From an uncultured Gemmatimonadaceae bacterium (GTDB lineage Bacteria; Gemmatimonadota; Gemmatimonadetes; Gemmatimonadales; Gemmatimonadaceae), in assembly GCA_963716745.1 (NCBI GenBank), contig OY970320.1, forward strand, positions 1,504,001 through 1,568,000: a stretch of 64,000 bases of DNA, written 5' to 3'. Position numbers and translations under genes: made by a program. Within the stretch, counting starts at the first letter, position 1; each line of letters starts with the position of its first letter. Below, in pieces: positions 9,149 through 19,126 of this stretch. The notes beneath the pieces are model-generated. The model ran no database searches, was not told the origin of the DNA, and was given only the letters and a program-made list of their open reading frames with translations.

Positions 9149-10239
9149 AGCTCCTTTCGCGCATCCGCCCGCTCGATCGCTACGTCATGAGCGAGTTCTG
9201 GAAGATCTTCATCCGGCTCGCGCTCGGCTTCCCGCTCCTCGTGATCATCATCGATCTCGTGGACCACATGGAGAAGTACCTGAACCGCCATCTAACGCTC
9301 AAACAGATCGCGCTCAGCTACATCTATTGGATCCCCGATTCGATGTTCCTCGTGCTGCCGGTGGCGGTGCTGTTCGGCACCGTGTTCTCGATCGGCGGCT
9401 TCACGCGGCATTGGGAGATCTCCGCCGCCAAGGCGAACGGGATCAGCTTCCATCGGATGGTGGCGCCCATCTTCGTCGCGGCCCTGGGCGTGATGGCGCT
9501 CGCGTTCGGCCTCGGCGAGCTCGTGCCGGTCACCAACGCCAAGCGCGATGAGATCCTGGAGGAGCACAAGTACCGGCCCGGCCAGAACCGGTTCAACTTC
9601 GCGTACGCCGCCACCGAAGGCCGCGTGTACAAGATCGGCAATCTCACCATCGAGCAGAATCAGATCGACGTGCTGGAGATCGAACGGAAAGGCGTGAGCA
9701 TGGACTATCCCACCATTCTGATCGCCGCGCAGGCCGCGAAATGGGATACCACGGCGAAGCGCTGGACGATGATCAACGGTACGATGCACATCGTGCCCGA
9801 CTCGTCGCGCGACCTCGCGCTCGCGTTCGACAGCCTCCGCGACGCGAAGTTCAAGGAGCCGCCGGTGGAGCTCACGTCGCTTCCGCGCAGCCCCGACGAA
9901 ATGCGGTTCGGCGAACTGAACCGCTTCATACATTCGCTCGAACGTTCCGGCGCGAACGTGAACGAACTGAAGGTGGAGTTGTCGCTCAAGCTCGCGCTGC
10001 CGGTCACGTGCCTCATCATCGCGCTCTTCGGCGCGCCGCTCGCCACGAGCACACAGCGCGGCGGCTTCGCGATGGGCATCGGCATCAGTCTCGCGACCAC
10101 CATCGTGTTCCTGATCCTCATCCAGATCATGAAAGCGGTGGGCGAAGGCGGTGTCGTGCCGCCGTATCTCGCGGCGTGGCTGCCGAGCTTGCTCTTCGGC
10201 GTCGTGGGCGTGGTGCTGCTCACCAAGGTGCGCACGTGA
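9145..10239 (+). CDS. lptG: LptF/LptG-family permease (LptG-like)
   Basis: GTG start overlaps the lptF stop; LDRYVMSEF, EISAAKANGIS and AAWLP motifs. Confidence 0.85.
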   Translation: MKLLSRIRPLDRYVMSEFWKIFIRLALGFPLLVIIIDLVDHMEKYLNRHLTLKQIALSYIYWIPDSMFLVLPVAVLFGTVFSIGGFTRHWEISAAKANGISFHRMVAPIFVAALGVMALAFGLGELVPVTNAKRDEILEEHKYRPGQNRFNFAYAATEGRVYKIGNLTIEQNQIDVLEIERKGVSMDYPTILIAAQAAKWDTTAKRWTMINGTMHIVPDSSRDLALAFDSLRDAKFKEPPVELTSLPRSPDEMRFGELNRFIHSLERSGANVNELKVELSLKLALPVTCLIIALFGAPLATSTQRGGFAMGIGISLATTIVFLILIQIMKAVGEGGVVPPYLAAWLPSLLFGVVGVVLLTKVRT

Positions 10240-11081
10240 CGGGCCGCACGATGCAGCGCCCCACCGCCAGCTTCCCGATGCACCAGCGCGCCGCGATCGT
10301 GTTCTTCCGCCAGATGTCGCACTGGGCGGCGGGGCTGTTCGGCGAGATCGGCAGCCGCGTGCTGTTCGCCGTGGAGATGATGCGCGGACTGGTCACGGAG
10401 CCCGGCACGTGGCTCCCGCTCACCGCCAAGCAGATGCGCAACGTGGGCGTGGACTCCATGCCGCTCGCGGGCACAGTGGCGGCGTTCATCGGCGCGGTGA
10501 CCGGATATCAGACCGTGTACCAGCTCTTCCCCGGCGCGCAGCTCTCGGCGGTGGGGTGGATCCTGCGGCAATCGATCGTGCTCGAACTGGGGCCGCTGAT
10601 CACGGCGCTCGTGCTCGCGGGCCGCGTGGGCGCGCGCATGACCGCCGAGATCGGCACCATGCGCGTGACCGAGCAGATCAATGCGCTCGAGACGCTCGCG
10701 TACGATCCGGTGGCGTACCTCGTGGTGCCACGGTTCATCGCCGGGGTCACGATGGTGCCGCTCGTGACCATTCTCGCCATCAGTACGGGCATCGCGGCGG
10801 GCGGCGCGATGGTGATCGCGTTCACGAACGTCACGCTGCATGATTTCACCACCGGGCTGCATCTCACGTTCATCCCGTTCCAGGTATACTATGCGCTCAT
10901 CAAGGCGACGCTCTTCGGCGGTGCGATCGCGCTGATCGGATCGTACGAGGGTTACACGGCCGAGGCGGGCGCCGAGGGCGTGGGAAGCTCCACGGCCCGC
11001 ACCGTGGTCATCAGTTCCGTGATCATCCTGTTCCTCGACGCGCTCACCGCCCTCTACCTCGCGCCACTCTTGAAGCCATGA
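10236..11081 (+). CDS. mlaE: MlaE-family ABC permease
   Basis: ELGPLITALVLAGRVGARMTAEIGTMRVTEQINAL; GAEGVGSSTARTVV. Confidence 0.92.
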   Translation: MTGRTMQRPTASFPMHQRAAIVFFRQMSHWAAGLFGEIGSRVLFAVEMMRGLVTEPGTWLPLTAKQMRNVGVDSMPLAGTVAAFIGAVTGYQTVYQLFPGAQLSAVGWILRQSIVLELGPLITALVLAGRVGARMTAEIGTMRVTEQINALETLAYDPVAYLVVPRFIAGVTMVPLVTILAISTGIAAGGAMVIAFTNVTLHDFTTGLHLTFIPFQVYYALIKATLFGGAIALIGSYEGYTAEAGAEGVGSSTARTVVISSVIILFLDALTALYLAPLLKP

Positions 11082-12052
11082 AACGCAAGGATGAAGTCAT
11101 CGTCGGCATCTTCGTCACCATCGCGGTGGTGGTGGGGATCGTCGGCACGCTCTACCTCGCGCGGCGCGGCTGGACGAAGTCGTATGCGATGTTCGCGCGC
11201 TTCGACTGGGGTCAGCAGCTCAAGGTGGGGCAGCCGGTGTATCTCGCCGGCGTGCAGATCGGCTTCGTGAAGGACGTGGACCTCGATCCGGCGGGCTATC
11301 TGGACGTGCAGATGGCGATCGACCGCGGCCGGAGAGTGCCCGAGGGGAGCACCGTGGCCGTGATCTCCGAGGGGATCTTCGGCGACAAGTCGGTCGCGAT
11401 CACGCCGTGCCGCCGCGCGGAGGCGCCGGTGGGTGGCGCGGAGCCTCAGCCGGGCGCGAAGCCGGCGCCGCCGCCGGCGGGGCCTGCGGCGGGGAATCAG
11501 CTGTGCCGGCCGGGCGCCTTCCTCGCGGCGAACGACACGATCCCCTCGGGGCGTGGTGCGCCGTCGATGGACGAGATCCTTTCCAAGATGGACACGGTCG
11601 CGGGGTCGCTGAGCGATGTCGCGCGTACCGCGCGCATCGAACTCGTCACGAACGGCGGAATCGCAGAGCTGCGGAAGACGATCGAATCCACCAATGCGCT
11701 CGTGACCAATCTCAACGAGGTGGCATCGACTCAGTCGAAAGCGCTCACGGCCACGATGGCTTCGTTGCGCCGCACGCTCAATGCCATCGACTCGGCAGAG
11801 GTGGACTCGACGATGCGCAGCCTGTCGGTGGCGTCGAAGAATCTCGTCTCGCTCACGCGGAATCTGGACTCTTCCAGCGCTCGCGTGAATTCCCTGCTCG
11901 CGAAGGCCGACAGCGGGAAGGGCACGCTCGGCTTGATGCTGAACGATCCCGGCGTGTACAACAACCTGCGCGCCTTGTTGGCGCGGATCGATTCGCTCAC
12001 CGCGGATATCAAAGCGAATCCGAAGAAATATCTCAACGTGAAGGTGTTCTAG
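11078..12052 (+). CDS. mlaD: MCE/MlaD-family protein
   Basis: N-terminal TM, LKVGQPVYLAGVQIGFV MCE core, helical tail ending DIKANPKKYLNVKVF. Confidence 0.88.
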   Translation: MKRKDEVIVGIFVTIAVVVGIVGTLYLARRGWTKSYAMFARFDWGQQLKVGQPVYLAGVQIGFVKDVDLDPAGYLDVQMAIDRGRRVPEGSTVAVISEGIFGDKSVAITPCRRAEAPVGGAEPQPGAKPAPPPAGPAAGNQLCRPGAFLAANDTIPSGRGAPSMDEILSKMDTVAGSLSDVARTARIELVTNGGIAELRKTIESTNALVTNLNEVASTQSKALTATMASLRRTLNAIDSAEVDSTMRSLSVASKNLVSLTRNLDSSSARVNSLLAKADSGKGTLGLMLNDPGVYNNLRALLARIDSLTADIKANPKKYLNVKVF

Positions 12053-12090
12053 AAACAGCTTGAACGTGACGCGTATGGCGTATGGATACT

Positions 12091-12130
12091 GCTGAACGGG
12101 GGCGCCGCATTCGCGGCGCCCCCGTTCAGC
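12091..12130. terminator. 18-bp perfect hairpin between convergent mlaD and TonB receptor genes
   Basis: GCTGAACGGGGGCGCCGC-ATTC-GCGGCGCCCCCGTTCAGC; extended by inverted GCGTATG heptamers at 12071-12085 and 12138-12158. Confidence 0.75.
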
Positions 12131-12169
12131 GTTAGTACCATACGCCAACGCCATACGCGCCCCTGCATG

Positions 12170-15100
12170 TTACCAGTCGAACCTCGCCGAGAACTGCAGC
12201 TGGTAGTACGAGTACACCGCATTCACGGTGGGGAACTGGATCATCGTCGGCTGGTACTGCACGATCGGGATCCCCGACTGCGGGTTCGCGCGGTTGATCG
12301 CCGCCGACTGGCCCGTCACGTTCAGGAGGGAGACGTCGGTGAAGGAGCTGCCGCCCGCCTGACGTACGAGGCCCCACGAGCCGTTGAGCATGTTCGGCAG
12401 ATTGAAGATGTCCAGGCGGAGCTGCACGTTGTGGCCGGCTGATGCGCGGGAGGTTCTGGATGATCGTTGCGTCCATTTGGTTGACCCAGGGATTCCGGCA
12501 CGCATCGCGCGGCAGGATCTCGCCCTGGTGGTCGCGCAAGCAGGGCGTGCTCTGGATCAGGTTATTCAGCGCGAGTTGCTGCGTGTTCACTGGCACCGCG
12601 GCGTGACTGCCGCTCGCCGGGATCGGTGAGAATTGCACCTGCGTGGGATCGAACACGTTCGTCGGCACGTAGATCAGGTCGTTCTGGTTGCCGTCGCCGT
12701 TCACGTCGCCGCGGCTTCCCGATCCGCCGTAGACGTAGTCGAACGTGGAGCCGGAGTAGCCCGAGTAGATGAGCGAGAAGTCCGTCCTCCAATTCTTCCA
12801 CGGGAATGTGTACGTGCCGGAGATCAGCAGCTTGTTCGGCTGGTCATACGCCGACGGCGTCAGGTTCTGCGCCAGAATATTGCCGCCTTCCTCGCGGCCG
12901 AACTGCCAGTTGGAGATCGCGCGGCTGGAATTGAGTGACGCCACGTCGTACGAGTGCGAGAACGTGTACGCCGCGCGCATGTCGAGCGAGCTGAACACGC
13001 GCTTGTGCAGCTCGACTGTCAGGTCGTACGCGTAATCCTTCGACTGGTTCACGATGTCGATCACTTCCGAGTACCGGTGCGAAGCATCGTACACGAACGT
13101 GGTGGGCACGCCCGAGGCGGCGATGTTGCCGTACATGTAGCGGCCGTTCCGGCCGATGTATGTCGAGTCGTAGTTGATGTTGCGGTTGACGTAGAAGAAG
13201 TTGTTCAGCCCGCGCGTATACAGTCCCTCGAGCGTCAGGAAGAAATCGCCCGGCAGACGCGTGTCGTACGCGAGATTCGCGCGGAAGACCTCGGGATACT
13301 TGAGGTTGTTGTCCATGATGTCCACCGGACCCACGACGCCGCCCGCAATGCCGGCGCCGTTCGGACACGTCTGCGGCGGCGACGCCACGGATCCCGCGTT
13401 GAATACCGGCGTGATCGGACCCGGATCGGTCGCTGCGGCCGCACATCAGGAACCCCAGGCCGCTGCCCGAGTTCTGCCAGGAATTCGCCACCCACACCAT
13501 TGCCGGCCGGCCGACGAACACACCGGCGCCGCCGCGGATCTGGTTCTTCTTCTCGCCATCGAGGTCCCAGTTGAAGCCGACGCGCGGCTCCCACTGGATG
13601 TTGCCGCTCGGCACCTGCGATGTGTTCGCCTGGCGGCCCATCGATTGGAAGAGGCCGCCGAAGATGGAATCGAAAGACGCCGTATACGGCGGCGAATTCG
13701 TGATCACCGGCACGTCAATGCGGAGGCCGAAGACCATGTTGAAATTCGGATTCGGCGTCCAGTTATTCTCGACATACGCGCCGTATGTGACGCCTTGCGG
13801 CTGGGCGACGATCGCGGGCGGATTGGTGAGCGGGAGAGAGACACGATAACGATTGGCGTTCCCCGCCTCGAGCGAATCGAGCGAGTTGAACGTCCACACG
13901 CCGTACGAACTCTCGGTGAACAGATTGGTGAACTGCCACAACTCCGCCGACACGCCGGCCGTCACGCGATTGTTGTCGCCGACGAAGAAGGAGTAGTTGT
14001 CCTTCAACTGCAGCATCTTCTGCTGCAGCGAATTGCCCTGTGAGAATTGCTCTGCGCCGCCGAGTTCACTGATCGTGGCGCTCTGGAGTCCGGGCACCGT
14101 CACATTGATCGTGGGGAACTGGCCGGCAATGGGCAGCCGCAGGTCCGAGATCGTCTGATAGGCGGCGATGAACTCGTTGCTCGATCCGCTCTGCATGGTG
14201 GAGTTGAGCTGCAACACCAAGCTGTTGTTGTTGTTGTTGATCGTGTAGAGTTGCGACGTCAGCGGGAACGTGGACGTGCGGCTGAATACGTCGATGCTGC
14301 CCCCGGCATAGTTGTCCCGCAGCGTGAGCGTGCTGTTGATCTCCGGGAGTGCGAGGTCCAAGCGTCCGAACGCGTTCGTGAGAGGATTCGCGTTGTTCGT
14401 CGCGCCGCCGGTGCCGGCCGGGATCCCCAGCGCCGTGAGATCGTTGATGAACCGCTGCGTGGTTGCCGAGTCCACCGTGAGCGGAGATGCGGCGCCCGGT
14501 GCCTGCCCGATATACGGGCCCGTGCTCGGCTGCGCGCGGAGCTGCCACTCGCCGTTCGCGAAGAACTGCAGCCGGTCCTTGATGATCGGGCCGGACACCG
14601 ACGCACCGTACTGCTCGACGTACAGGCCCGAATTCTGGATGAACGGCACATTCGCCGCGTAGTTCTGGTTACGGAAATAATAGAAGATGTCGCCGTCGAA
14701 TTCGTTCGTGCCGCTCTTGGTCACGGCATTCACGAGCGCGCCGTTGAAGCCCGAGAAATTCAGGTCGTACGGCGACAGCAGCACCTGATACTCCTTCACC
14801 GCGTCCAGCGAGATCGATTTCCCATTGGACTGGCCGCCCGGCTGACCGGTGCTGCCGAGGCCGAACATGTCGTTGCTGTTCGCGCCGTCGATCTGGATGT
14901 TGTTATAGCGGTTGTTCACGCCGCCCGCCGACGTCGAGCCGTTCGGCTGCGTGGCCACCTGCGGCACCGTGCTCATGAAGTCGGTGAAGTTGCGGTTCAG
15001 CGTCGGCGCACGCTTGAGGATGCTGTCATCCACGAGCGAGCCGGTGCCCTTCCGGTTCGGGTTGATCACCGGCGAGAGCTGGTTCCCCGCCTCGACCGTG

Positions 15101-15477
15101 ATCGCCGCGAGCGTGGCGGCCTGCGGAATGAGCTGGAAGTCCAGCACGGCGCGCTGGCTCAGCGAGAGACGCGCGATCTTATCCGACTTCGGCCGGAACC
15201 CGATGCGCCGCACCGTGACGGTGTACGGTTCGCCCACCTGGAGGCCGGACACGAAGTAGAGACCCGACGGCCGCGTCTGCACGGTCACCGACGCGCCGCT
15301 CGCGCCGCTCACGATCTGCACCTGCGCCGCTTCGACCGGCTCCTTCGTCGTGGAATCGGTCACGGTCCCTGAGATCGCCGCGGTCGTCGTCCCCTGGGCC
15401 GCGATGCGCGAAGGAACTGCGACAGCCGCCGTCACCGCCACTACGGCGAGAGCGCGCAGCCAACGAATTGTGATCAT
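12170..15477 (-). CDS. Oar-like TonB-dependent receptor with N-terminal carboxypeptidase-regulatory domain; frameshifts near 13440 and 12440
   Basis: Signal peptide, ISGTVTDS, NNIQIDGA, VNAVTKSGTNEF and EPRVGFNWD; continues through ORFs 12132-13388 and 12170-12505 and ends QFSARFDW (beta-barrel C-terminal signature). Confidence 0.88.
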
Positions 15478-15599
15478 GAGAGGACCTCTCCCTGGGTGAT
15501 GACAGGTGGGGCGAACGAGCGGGCCGGCGGTATACGCCGCCGCCGGGGGCGACGGGGCAAAACTATCTCGCCCACGGCTCGGGCGTCAAGAAACCAATA

Positions 15600-16955
15600 T
15601 CACCCTTCGGTAACGCTGTGCCCCTTCCCCACGGTAGCGTGATAGACCGGGATGCCTGCGACCACGGCGGCGAGCACACCGACAGTCGCCCAGCGGCTGC
15701 TCGCGTCGATGATCGCGTTCGCGAGCAGCGCGATGGTGCTCGCGATGAACAGCAGCGGCACCACCGGATAGCCCGGCACGCGGAAGGGCGGATCGTAGTC
15801 CGCGCGCTTGCGCAGGCGGAAGATCGCGGCGACGCCGAGCGCGAGGAACGGCACGATCGCGATCACGAATGCGTCGGCCAACTGCTCGAACGTGCGCATC
15901 AGCACGAACGCGATGCCGAGGCATGCGGAAAGGATGATAGCCCGGCTCGGCGTGTGGAACCTCGGATGCACGCGCGCGATCGCGCCGAAGAGCAGGCCAT
16001 CGTCGGCCATCGCGAAGAAGATGCGCGGCGCCGTCATGATCGACCCGTTGAGCGTGCCGAAGGTGGAGAGCATCACGGTGACGGACACGAGGATCACTCC
16101 GGCGGGCCCGACGAGCCGCTCCGCGACATCGGCGGCCACGAGCTTCGAGCGCGCGATCTGTCCAACATCGAGCACCGCGAGATAGGCGAGGTTCGCGAGG
16201 AGATAGATGGCGACCACCGCCACCGTGCCGATGATGATCGCGCGCGGCATCACGCGGCGCGGCTCGCGCACTTCGCCTGCGACGAACGTCACGTCCTCCC
16301 AGCCATCGTACGCCCAAAGTACCGAAACGAGCGCGAGGCCGAACAGTCCGATGCTGAAGCTGCCGGGTGGCGTGAGCGGCGTGTAGTGTCCGCCGCCGTT
16401 CGGCAATCCCACCGCGAACGCGAGCATGACGATGAAGAGCAGGCCGCCGTACTTCGCGAGCGTGGTGAGGTTCTGCACGAGCGAACCCCAGCGCAGACCG
16501 ACGTAGTTGAACGTTGCCGTGAGCGCGATCGCGACGGCGGCCACCCAATGGACGTACGTGGAATACGGCGCGACCGACGTGTCGTGCCCCAGCACGCGGA
16601 GGAAATACTCGGCGAACGTCGTGGAGATCGCGCCGTAGCTCGCGGCGCGGATGATCACGAGTTCGGACCAGCCGAACAGGAACGCGGTGCGCCGGCCCCA
16701 CGCCTCGCGCAGGAACACGTAGATGCCGCCCGTCTGCGGGAACGCGCCGGCGATCTCCGCGAGCGTGAGCGCGCCGCAGAGCGCGAACGCGCCGCCGGCG
16801 AACCATACGGCGAGCAGGGGGAGCGGACCGGGCAGTTTGGTCGCAATGCCCGCCGGCGAACGGAAGATCCCGGAGCCGATCGTGGAGCCGATGAGCACCG
16901 CCGTGGCGCTCCACAGACCGAGTTGCCGAGGGAGTTTTCCGGGTGTGTCGCTCAT
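15600..16955 (-). CDS. APC-family amino acid permease
   Basis: IGSGIFRSP, AEIAGAFPQTGGIYVFL, WAYDGW and VHPRFHTP; about 12 TM segments. Confidence 0.9.
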   Translation of the reverse strand: MSDTPGKLPRQLGLWSATAVLIGSTIGSGIFRSPAGIATKLPGPLPLLAVWFAGGAFALCGALTLAEIAGAFPQTGGIYVFLREAWGRRTAFLFGWSELVIIRAASYGAISTTFAEYFLRVLGHDTSVAPYSTYVHWVAAVAIALTATFNYVGLRWGSLVQNLTTLAKYGGLLFIVMLAFAVGLPNGGGHYTPLTPPGSFSIGLFGLALVSVLWAYDGWEDVTFVAGEVREPRRVMPRAIIIGTVAVVAIYLLANLAYLAVLDVGQIARSKLVAADVAERLVGPAGVILVSVTVMLSTFGTLNGSIMTAPRIFFAMADDGLLFGAIARVHPRFHTPSRAIILSACLGIAFVLMRTFEQLADAFVIAIVPFLALGVAAIFRLRKRADYDPPFRVPGYPVVPLLFIASTIALLANAIIDASSRWATVGVLAAVVAGIPVYHATVGKGHSVTEG

Positions 16956-17012
16956 GCGCGGGAACATACGCGGCGCCGCGCGATGGGGCGAGAGCATCGC
17001 CGTTGACCCACT

Positions 17013-17258
17013 ATGAGCGCCGTGGCACCTTTCGTGCCTATGCGTGATGCCTTTTTCTGGTGCGCGGTCGCGAGCTGTGTCGCGGGTCAGGCGCTCATCC
17101 TGCGCTCGGCGGTGCGCGCGCGCGCCCGCACCGCGAGCGGCGCGACGCCCGTTGGCGTGCCCGCGCCGCGCGCAGTCCCGGAGTTCGCGTGGACCGTGCT
17201 GCCGGCCGTCGGCCTCGCCGCGGTGCTGGTGTTCACGTGGCGCGCGATGCATCCGTGA
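17013..17258 (+). CDS. Small two-TM membrane protein with a CoxB-like EFAWTVLP helix (alternative start 17040)
   Basis: Stop overlaps the ctaA GTG start (GTGA); two hydrophobic segments. Confidence 0.55.
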   Translation: MSAVAPFVPMRDAFFWCAVASCVAGQALILRSAVRARARTASGATPVGVPAPRAVPEFAWTVLPAVGLAAVLVFTWRAMHP

Positions 17259-18224
17259 GCATTCCCACGTCGTTGCGCGCGTTCCTGCGCGCCTCGCTCG
17301 CCCTCGCGGTGGTGCACATCATGTTCGGCGGCTTCGTGCGGATCTCCGGATCCGGCATGGGCTGCGGCGAGCACTGGCCCATGTGCCAGGGCGCGTGGTT
17401 CCCGCCGATGAGCAACTCGACGCTCGTGGTCGAGTGGACGCACCGGTTGATCGGGCTCATCCTCACGGTGACCATCGCGGCCACGGCGTTCGCGGCATAT
17501 CGCGCTCGTGGTGAAGCCGGTGTCGGTGGCAAAGGCGGCGTGCTTCGCCCGGCCGTCGCGGCGCTCGCGATCGTGATCGCCACCGCGCTCTTCGGCGCGG
17601 TCACGGTGTTCTTCCAGAATGCGCCGCTGGCCACGATGGTGCACTGGGTGCTCGCCGCCTCGCTACTCGCGACGCTCGCCGAGGCGCTCGTTCGCGCCGG
17701 CGACCTCGGCGGCGGCGCCCCCGCGAGCGCGCCGGCGAAATTGTTTCGCGGCACGGCGGCGGCCGCTGCGCTCGCACTGCTGGTGCTCATCTTCGGCGGT
17801 CTCACCGCGAAGGTGCCGGGCGCGAACGTCGTCTGCGGATCGTTCCCGCTGTGCGGAACATCGGCGGGCTCGCCGATCATCGAGCATCTCGTGCGGATCC
17901 AGAATGACGCACCGCGTGCTCGCGCTCCTCCTGTTCCTGCACGTCCTCGGGTTGGTGATCACCACGCGGAGGATCACCGGCGCACCCGCCGCCGTGCGCG
18001 GCGTGCGCGTGATGTTCGCGCTGGTGCTGGTGCAGCTGCTCATCGCCGGCGCGATGATCGGCATGCATCTGCCGCCGGCACTGCGGTCGCTGCACCAGAT
18101 GGATGGCGTGCTGATCTGGCTCACGTCGGTGGTGACGGCATCGCTCGCGTATCGCGCATCGCCGGCAATGGCGCCGCTGCCGCCGAGCATCGCGGTGATC
18201 ATCGCGCGCGGAGGTGGCATGTGA
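17255..18224 (+). CDS. ctaA: Heme A synthase (COX15/CtaA); frameshift near 17895
   Basis: GGFVRISGSGMGCGEHWPMC, EWTHRL, second half continuing in ORF 17619-18224 (MTHRVLA, LHQ); adjacent to ctaB. Confidence 0.85.
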
Positions 18225-19126
18225 GCGGCGGCGCGATGGCGACCGAAGTGGCCGCGTCCGACACGCGCACGCTCGTGCGCGATCTCGTGATGCTCACCAA
18301 GCCGCGCATCATCTCACTGCTGCTCGTCACGACGATCGCGCCAATGTTCGTGGCCGGCACGCCGTCGCTCTCGCTGGTGTTGCTCGTCGCGATCGGCGGA
18401 TATCTGATGGCGGGCGGCGCGAACGCGGTGAACATGTACATCGACCGCGACATCGACGACCGCATGGCGCGCACGCGTCTGCGGCCGCTGCCGTCCGGAC
18501 GCATGACGCCGCGCGCGGTGCTGGCGTATGGCGTCGCGCTCGCGACCGGCGCCACGGCGCTCTTCGCCTACAGCGTGAACGTGCTCAGCGCGGCGCTCGC
18601 GCTCGCCGGATTCTATTTCTATGTGTTCGTGTACACACGCTGGCTCAAGCGCACGACGCCGCAGAACATCGTGATCGGCGGCGCGGCGGGGGCCTTCCCG
18701 CCGCTCGTGGGTTGGGCTGCCGCGACCGGCGGCATCGATCTCACCGCCATCTATCTTTTCCTCATCATTTTCTACTGGACACCGCCGCATTTCTGGGCGC
18801 TCGCGCTGCTGAAGCAGGTGGACTACGGCCGCGCGGGCGTGCCGATGGCCCCGCTCATCTGGGGCGAGCGCGAGACGATGATGAACATGATCTGGTACAC
18901 GCTCATTCTCGTACCCATCACGCTGCTGCCGGTGGCGTTCGGCGCGTTCGGCTGGGTGTACGGCGTGAGCGCGCTCGCGCTCGGCGGCATCCTGCTCGCG
19001 GGTACGATCGCGATCGCGCGCCGCACGGAGTGGGTGCCGCTCGCGTGGCGCGTGTACAAGTACTCCCTGCTGTACCTGTTCCTCTTGTTCATCGCCATGG
19101 TGGTCGATCGCGGGCTGGCGCGCTGA
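18221..19126 (+). CDS. ctaB: Protoheme IX farnesyltransferase (heme O synthase)
   Basis: LTKPRII, NMYIDRDIDDRMARTRLRPLPSG, LKRTTPQNIVIGG and WTPPHFWAL. Confidence 0.95.
   Translation: MSGGAMATEVAASDTRTLVRDLVMLTKPRIISLLLVTTIAPMFVAGTPSLSLVLLVAIGGYLMAGGANAVNMYIDRDIDDRMARTRLRPLPSGRMTPRAVLAYGVALATGATALFAYSVNVLSAALALAGFYFYVFVYTRWLKRTTPQNIVIGGAAGAFPPLVGWAAATGGIDLTAIYLFLIIFYWTPPHFWALALLKQVDYGRAGVPMAPLIWGERETMMNMIWYTLILVPITLLPVAFGAFGWVYGVSALALGGILLAGTIAIARRTEWVPLAWRVYKYSLLYLFLLFIAMVVDRGLAR

Noticed and set aside
7379..10239. lptF/lptG as a dedicated sphingolipid exporter
   Set aside because: About 48 kb from the SPT-like cluster with no evidence of linkage; probably the ordinary LPS system.
14224..14238. 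(GTT)x5 microsatellite as a phase-variation switch
   Set aside because: A trinucleotide repeat encoding an Asn run in frame; length changes would not switch expression.
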